Origin: Candidatus Heimdallarchaeota archaeon
GTDB taxonomy: Archaea; Asgardarchaeota; Heimdallarchaeia; Hodarchaeales; Hodarchaeaceae
DNA length: 64,000 nt
Reading direction: 5' to 3'
NCBI GenBank assembly: GCA_020353515.1
Contig: CP070695.1
Location: forward strand, 2,358,966-2,422,965
The position numbers and the translations under genes were made by a program. Below the pieces are notes generated by a model. The model was not told where the DNA came from and made no database searches. It was given only the letters and a program-made list of their open reading frames with translations. Shown here one piece after another: positions 58,579 through 64,000 of the stretch (positions within the stretch are counted from its first letter, which is position 1; each line of letters opens with the position of its first letter).

Positions 58579-60987
58579 TTAATATACCATACGACTATAA
58601 AGCATGTCGGGAAGGGAACTACGCCAAGTTCTCCAAGCAATGAGGCTAGTTGATAACAGTACACAAAGACCAATAATAACAAATAGGAAGACCCACAATT
58701 CTATTGGAACAACTGCTGGAAGATATAAATCAGGGAGAATAAATTCATAAGTTGGCTTTAACAAAACAATACTAAGAGGAACTCCAATGAAAAATCCAAT
58801 AATGCCATAAATTAGGTTCTCAATGAAAATCAGTTTTAATATAGTTCTCCGTTCTGACCCCATTGCTCGTAAAGCGAGAAATTCCATTTCACGTTCCATC
58901 ATAGCAAGAGACATGCTCGAAAATGTAAATAGAACGAGCGTAGCTAGACCTAGTAGGGCCACAAGCATTAAGATTTGCAAAAAAATACTTAGTAATTCCA
59001 TGATTGTTTGTTTGGCCTCATTACTATCAATGTACGCATAAGAACCGAATCTCTCTTGAATGAGCTTTTTTACCTCAGTTTTACTCGCTTTCGATATTGA
59101 TTCTTCAAAATCAAATACGAAAGCTGTCACATTTTCCATGAGCCCAATTTGTTGAACATCCGTAAAATGGTTTTGAATTCCTTCAATAGTCCAAAGTATA
59201 GTATTTTCTGCTATTTCACCAGTTACTCCGGCTATTTCTACACTAATATTAGATCGTAGATCAAAACTTAAGGAAATCTCATCTCCTGACTTTTTCTCTA
59301 ATTCTGTTGCTAAATTATTTCCTAAAAGGATTTTATCCTTATTGATTACTTTTGTACCCGATATAACATTATAGTCTCTTAACGAAGAATTTTGATGAAA
59401 AGCTTGCAAAGGAATCCGTCGATTCCCAATCCAAACAGATGTATATACAAAACCTTCTACATCAGAGATCTCCGGAATATTCTGTTGAACCCATTTTTTA
59501 ATATCCTTTTCAGCTTCTGGTTTTACTAAGAGTACTTTAACATCATATTTTTCATAGAAAGTATAATTTTGATCCAATGCATATACATAATCGTAGAATA
59601 AGCTTGAAGAGACAACCAAAATTACCATGGAAGCTGCGACCACAATCGCGGTCGAAAAAGACCGTCGCTTATTCATAAAAACGGATCTAAGTGGTATTTT
59701 GGAGACCAATCTCCTAAAAATTCTAAATTTAAGAAAAATTCGTTCCAGTAATGGTTCTCTACCAAGTTCACTCGTAGAATATGGAGCTCGCAACGCTTCA
59801 TGAGGAGTTAATTGTAGTATCGGAAGAGTAGCTAATATAGAAAAAATTAGGACTAATATTAATGCTAAAAGAGTTATTCCAATCCAATTGATGGGATTAG
59901 AAGAAATTACAATTACTGTTAATCCGAAGACATTAATTCCAATATTTACCAACAAAAATGTGGTTAATGCTGCTCCAATCCACCCAAGAATTATCCCAAT
60001 TAAACCTAAGATCAAACCAAATCCTGTGTAATGATTTAGGATTGTCTGATTTTTTGCACCTAATGCTCCATATAATCCAATATGGCTACGTTGTGCCATT
60101 ATTAGCTTACTTAAGGAATTATATATTGCAAGTGACCCCACGATTAGAGCAAAAAGTCCAAAAACGAATCCAATCTTCTCCATTGCATCAGTTCGCAGCT
60201 CTAACCAACCACGTTCCATTGATTCGTCCCAATAAATCACATTTTGAATTTTATTTTCGCCTAAAACAGGAGAAAGGGCTTGATCCGCCTTTTGGTTTGC
60301 ATGGTTTGACCTTTCTTGAGTTTTAACTAAGATTTCATTAATTCCAGTTAAATTAAACTTCTCATGTAGCATTTCAAGAGGCATATAGATAATACATAAA
60401 TCTCCCAACGTTATAACATTCGTCTGTTCATCTACAACAAAAATATACTCACTATCAGCAACAAATCCTGCTATTGACACATTTACCATTGAATTTCTAA
60501 AAAGAATTGAAAGATCGTCATTTAATTTTGCTCGAGCACCTAGAGGGAGAATGTTCCCAAAATGCTGTTCTACCAACACTTGATCATTAGATAGTTTATC
60601 ACTCCCAGTCCGAAGCTTTAACTTATTGATCTCAGTTTTTTTAAAATCTACGCCAATCAAATAGGCTTTATGGATCTTATTGTTGTGAATTACAGTAGAA
60701 TATTCAAAAATTCGTCCTTCCAATTCAGTTATCCCTGCTGTCTCCCTTTCAGACTCACTGAGAAGTGAAGATATTTCGTTTTCAGGCACATATTCCGTTA
60801 GTCGAATTCTTAAATCAGCATTGTTGAATTGACGATTAGTTTCTGCTACTGATTCCATAGCAGAGTCTTTTAAGTTAATTAAACCTAGTCCTAATGTAAG
60901 GGCAAGAAAAACTGCTAAGATAATCATACTAGAGCGGAATTTATTGAATCTAATCTCCCGAAAAATCTTCTTAGTAAGAATTTTCAA
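58579..60987 (-). CDS. FtsX/MacB-like ABC permease (duplicated architecture)
   Basis: QRSHIGLYGALGA and EREMEFLALRAMG; two extracellular domains. Confidence 0.92.
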   Translation of the reverse strand: MKILTKKIFREIRFNKFRSSMIILAVFLALTLGLGLINLKDSAMESVAETNRQFNNADLRIRLTEYVPENEISSLLSESERETAGITELEGRIFEYSTVIHNNKIHKAYLIGVDFKKTEINKLKLRTGSDKLSNDQVLVEQHFGNILPLGARAKLNDDLSILFRNSMVNVSIAGFVADSEYIFVVDEQTNVITLGDLCIIYMPLEMLHEKFNLTGINEILVKTQERSNHANQKADQALSPVLGENKIQNVIYWDESMERGWLELRTDAMEKIGFVFGLFALIVGSLAIYNSLSKLIMAQRSHIGLYGALGAKNQTILNHYTGFGLILGLIGIILGWIGAALTTFLLVNIGINVFGLTVIVISSNPINWIGITLLALILVLIFSILATLPILQLTPHEALRAPYSTSELGREPLLERIFLKFRIFRRLVSKIPLRSVFMNKRRSFSTAIVVAASMVILVVSSSLFYDYVYALDQNYTFYEKYDVKVLLVKPEAEKDIKKWVQQNIPEISDVEGFVYTSVWIGNRRIPLQAFHQNSSLRDYNVISGTKVINKDKILLGNNLATELEKKSGDEISLSFDLRSNISVEIAGVTGEIAENTILWTIEGIQNHFTDVQQIGLMENVTAFVFDFEESISKASKTEVKKLIQERFGSYAYIDSNEAKQTIMELLSIFLQILMLVALLGLATLVLFTFSSMSLAMMEREMEFLALRAMGSERRTILKLIFIENLIYGIIGFFIGVPLSIVLLKPTYEFILPDLYLPAVVPIELWVFLFVIIGLCVLLSTSLIAWRTWRSSLPDMLYSRMVY

Positions 60988-61005
60988 TTGTTTCTCACCT
61001 CTACT

Positions 61006-61710
61006 TTAATTTACAGATGAATGATCTTCGACGGATTCAATTTGTCCATCTTGAAGATGAAATACCCGTTTCGCTTTTTTGGTGATACTTATATCATGAG
61101 AAACAACAATATAAGTCCCCCCGAACTCTTCATTAAGGTTCTTCATAAGATCAGCAATTTTCTGTCCTGTATTATAATCCAAATTCCCAGTTGGTTCGTC
61201 AGCAACAATAATTTCTGGATTTTTCACAAGTGCACGTGCGATGGCCACTCGCTGTTGTTCTCCCCCTGATAGTTGGCTGGGAAAACGCTTAGTTTTATCT
61301 CCAAGACCAACAGCAGTTAGCATCTCAAATGCTCGTTTTTTGATATTTTTTCGATCCCCCTTAAACTCAAGTGCCAAAGCAACATTCTCCCATGCTCGAA
61401 GAGAAGGAATGAGATTGAAGAATTGAAAAATCCAACCAACGCTATTTCTACGATATTCACCTAGCTGTCCAGCCCGCCATTGGGTAATTTCTTCTCCCTT
61501 GATCTTTATACTCCCCTTAGTCGGGGAATCAATCCCCCCGATCTGATTAAGCAATGTAGTTTTACCGGATCCAGATGGTCCAAGCACGACAACAAATTCC
61601 CCTTCATACACTTCCATAGAAATACCACGTAAAGCATAGACAATATGGTCACCTAGTGTGAATTCACGATGCAGATTCTTAACAATAACCATAGGTTCTT
61701 TCGTTGCCAT
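61006..61710 (-). CDS. ABC ATP-binding protein (LolD/MacB-type)
   Basis: [33 protein letters not shown]. Confidence 0.96.
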   Translation of the reverse strand: MATKEPMVIVKNLHREFTLGDHIVYALRGISMEVYEGEFVVVLGPSGSGKTTLLNQIGGIDSPTKGSIKIKGEEITQWRAGQLGEYRRNSVGWIFQFFNLIPSLRAWENVALALEFKGDRKNIKKRAFEMLTAVGLGDKTKRFPSQLSGGEQQRVAIARALVKNPEIIVADEPTGNLDYNTGQKIADLMKNLNEEFGGTYIVVSHDISITKKAKRVFHLQDGQIESVEDHSSVN

Positions 61711-61793
61711 TTTAAAATCTCTATTTTTCTTTTTTTTACATATTAGCTGATTTTTTTTTTCTATGATAATATTAAACTTTCAATCCAAATAGA

Positions 61794-62498
61794 TTGTGCT
61801 GTATATATCAGGGACTTTATAAGGGATCGATAGAAGAAAGCCACATGCGAAAAGTAACCATCCATTTAAGTCCTAAATTTTTATTTGAGTTCATTCCTAA
61901 TGAATTCTTTAAGACTTGTGAGCGCGTAGAAGGAAAAGCAATACTAAAATATGATTTAGGGAAGGGGGTTAAAATAGTCGTTAGTGAAATTCACATGAAA
62001 CCTGGGTTCATGATTAAAGATATGAAAATCCCTCCTGCATTAACTTTACTTGATGTATTAGAAAAAAAAAGAAACAAATATGTATGCTTAGTCAAAGTTG
62101 AATATTCAGATGAAAAGCTTGAATTTATCAAGTTGTTTGATCTTAAGAATATCATTTTTGACCTCCCTGCATCTCTATCTGAGGATAAGTTATCATTTTC
62201 ATTTATTGGCGATACGGAAACAATAAAGGAATTATTGAAACTCATTGAGTCATTAGGGCCTATTACAATAGATTCTGTTCAGAAATATCCCTTATCTGAA
62301 CTGAATATTTTCTCACCTTTAACTGAACGACAACAAGAAATTATTACTCTAGCTAAACAGACTGGATATTATGAAATCCCAAGAAAAATTAGTACTGAAG
62401 AGTTATCAAATAAATTAGGTATATCAAAATCAACCCTAACAGAACATCTGAGAAAGGCTGAAAATAGAATAGTTTCATCTCTTTTCAAGGGAATCTAG
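61794..62498 (+). CDS. HTH_10 (bacterio-opsin activator-like) transcription regulator
   Basis: LTERQQEII..A...GYYEIPRKIS..EL...LGISKST..EHLRKAE; the start is probably MRKVT. Confidence 0.9.
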   Translation: MCCIYQGLYKGSIEESHMRKVTIHLSPKFLFEFIPNEFFKTCERVEGKAILKYDLGKGVKIVVSEIHMKPGFMIKDMKIPPALTLLDVLEKKRNKYVCLVKVEYSDEKLEFIKLFDLKNIIFDLPASLSEDKLSFSFIGDTETIKELLKLIESLGPITIDSVQKYPLSELNIFSPLTERQQEIITLAKQTGYYEIPRKISTEELSNKLGISKSTLTEHLRKAENRIVSSLFKGI

Positions 62499-62949
62499 AT
62501 GACCAATGACTTAGAGAAAGGGATTAAAGAATATCTCTCATCTAGTAAAAATAAAATACAGGCCAATAAACAATAGAGGGCAACCACGACGAACCCCTAT
62601 AACCATGAGCACGAAATTTTGCATCTATCTTAGGATCCAGTTTTGCTTTGACCTCTTTTAAGATGACCCCCATTCCATCAACCTGAAAGAATTCATTTAC
62701 CTTTTCTATAAGTGAACAAGAGTTGAGATCTGACTTCAATGACGTTGGAATATCAGACTCACATGTTTTTAAATGAAGTTTTGGTTGCATGGACTTTTGT
62801 CCCGTAAGAATAGATATTCATTAATTGTTGATCAAACAAAATTTCAGTAATCAGTAGATAGAGTGCTTTGTAACAATTCTTCCTTGAATTTACTCCATTC
62901 TTAAGTTAATGAAGCTGAAAATAGTACTTAGGAAGAAAATTCGATAGAT

Positions 62950-63192
62950 TTAACCAACTTTTGTCTCAGCAAGTCGAATGTCATCAGCTTTAATGGTTTT
63001 ACGACCTGAATGACCCGCAATCTCTACCGCGTACTTAGCGATTTCCATACCTCGGTTAGCGATAACCTCATTCAGACTAGCGATAGCATCAGCTGAAACC
63101 CGAAATGCTCCCGCATCTCTAATGAGTTTTTCGACACGCGCACCTGCAAAGCCAGTTTTCCCTTCTGATTTGGCTGCTTTCTTTTTTGGCAT
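62950..63192 (-). CDS. Archaeal histone with an N-terminal Lys-rich tail
   Basis: Histone fold with RVSADA and GRKTIKADDI; MPKKKAAKSEGK extension. Confidence 0.95.
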   Translation of the reverse strand: MPKKKAAKSEGKTGFAGARVEKLIRDAGAFRVSADAIASLNEVIANRGMEIAKYAVEIAGHSGRKTIKADDIRLAETKVG

Positions 63193-63256
63193 TTTTTTCC
63201 CTTCAATTCTTCAAATAGAGTCAATTAATCACGTTCATAAAAATAATCCAGCGTTC

Positions 63257-63264
63257 TTTATAAA
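63257..63264 (-). promoter_or_regulatory. TATA box of the histone gene
   Basis: TTTATAAA about 65 bp upstream of the ATG. Confidence 0.55.
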
Positions 63265-63280
63265 TTTAACCTCTTGTATC

Positions 63281-64000
63281 TTAGAATGGTTCAATTGTAA
63301 AAGGGGGTTGATCAGTACTGAAAAGTTTATCTAGTAATTTGAGAAATCTTGTATCTGATAATTCAACCAATCCATAATTATAAAGTTTTGAGAGTCCAAC
63401 AGCACCCATTATTAGACTGGAAAAACGTGCAATATCAATAGACATTTCAACCTCGTTGTCTTCTTGGGCTGAAATCACCTTTGGTTTTCCTTTTTGAAAA
63501 TGAATGATATATGATCCATTATTTTCAGGTATAAAAGTATCTTGAATGGAAATTTTTAATTTAATGCTCTGACCCCCAAAACAATGATCAGATAAAAGCG
63601 AGAAGAATTTAGTTACATTAATCACCCTGTACATAATCCCTACTCCTTGGATATTGCTCTCTTGAAAGATATGAAAGATACTCTCATTACCACGGCTACG
63701 TGGTTCCTTTAAAAAATGATGAAAATCGTGATCATGAGTATTGTAAAGGATTCTATGAACTTGATCTTGCTGAGTGGCTAGAAATGTTAGGAGTCCACGA
63801 AAAGCTTTAGGTGATTCGTAAATAAACTCCATGATATGGATATTATGTTGAAGCCAACTCCCTCCTTCTACTTTTCTTATTCGAAAAGCGAGATAGCCAA
63901 TTAATCTCTCATCTTCCCGATAGCCAATGACTTTCATACCGCTAAGCATTTGGTTAAAAGTACTACTACCGTCTGATCGTAATATCATTCCATGAGTTGA
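63281..64000 (-). CDS. Eis-like GNAT acetyltransferase, C-terminal part (5' end beyond the window)
   Basis: GYLAF, EFIYE, GIMYRVINV, IQDTFIPENNG and an SCP2-like tail (SSLIMGA...L...G); frame open to the window edge. Confidence 0.85.
   Translation of the reverse strand, partial: STHGMILRSDGSSTFNQMLSGMKVIGYREDERLIGYLAFRIRKVEGGSWLQHNIHIMEFIYESPKAFRGLLTFLATQQDQVHRILYNTHDHDFHHFLKEPRSRGNESIFHIFQESNIQGVGIMYRVINVTKFFSLLSDHCFGGQSIKLKISIQDTFIPENNGSYIIHFQKGKPKVISAQEDNEVEMSIDIARFSSLIMGAVGLSKLYNYGLVELSDTRFLKLLDKLFSTDQPPFTIEPF

Noticed and set aside
62542-62790. Possible transposase remnant
   Set aside because: No DDE motif or terminal repeats are recognisable, and its coding status is uncertain
1-64000. 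rRNA, tRNA, CRISPR arrays, intact transposases or integrases
   Set aside because: No GC-rich structured RNA, repeat-spacer periodicity or recombinase motifs were seen by eye
1-64000. Many short ORFs antisense to or nested in long genes (e.g. 8243..8581, 11462..11830, 41762..42055, 59958..60326)
   Set aside because: They are shadows of well-supported CDS and carry no motifs

Overview
AT-rich archaeal chromosomal segment. Archaeal markers are a histone, GGGP synthase, TrpB2, a SAMP/MoaD, an HTH_10 regulator, a PGF-type C-terminal sorting signal and TATA-box promoters. Together with many bacterial-type metabolic genes, this fits an Asgard archaeon, probably Heimdallarchaeia/Hodarchaeales; the taxonomy is inferred, not tested. 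The window holds about 60 CDS, mostly housekeeping, lipid and organic-acid metabolism and transport. I saw no rRNA, tRNA, CRISPR array or intact mobile element. Highlights: (1) two divergent two-subunit aconitase-family enzymes, one resembling fungal Lys4 homoaconitase and one with an altered active site; with a nearby homoisocitrate-dehydrogenase-like gene, an HD protein and an orphan citrate-lyase alpha chain, they may form an undescribed (homo)citrate pathway; (2) a histone with a Lys-rich N-terminal tail directly downstream of an Eis-type acetyltransferase; (3) a divergent GGGP synthase and several eukaryote-like lipid proteins; (4) three decayed loci, including a ferredoxin gene split by a 768-bp insertion carrying a response regulator; (5) a tandem pair of unknown 4-Cys paralogs with identical promoter motifs. 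All family assignments come from recognising motifs by eye; no searches were run.
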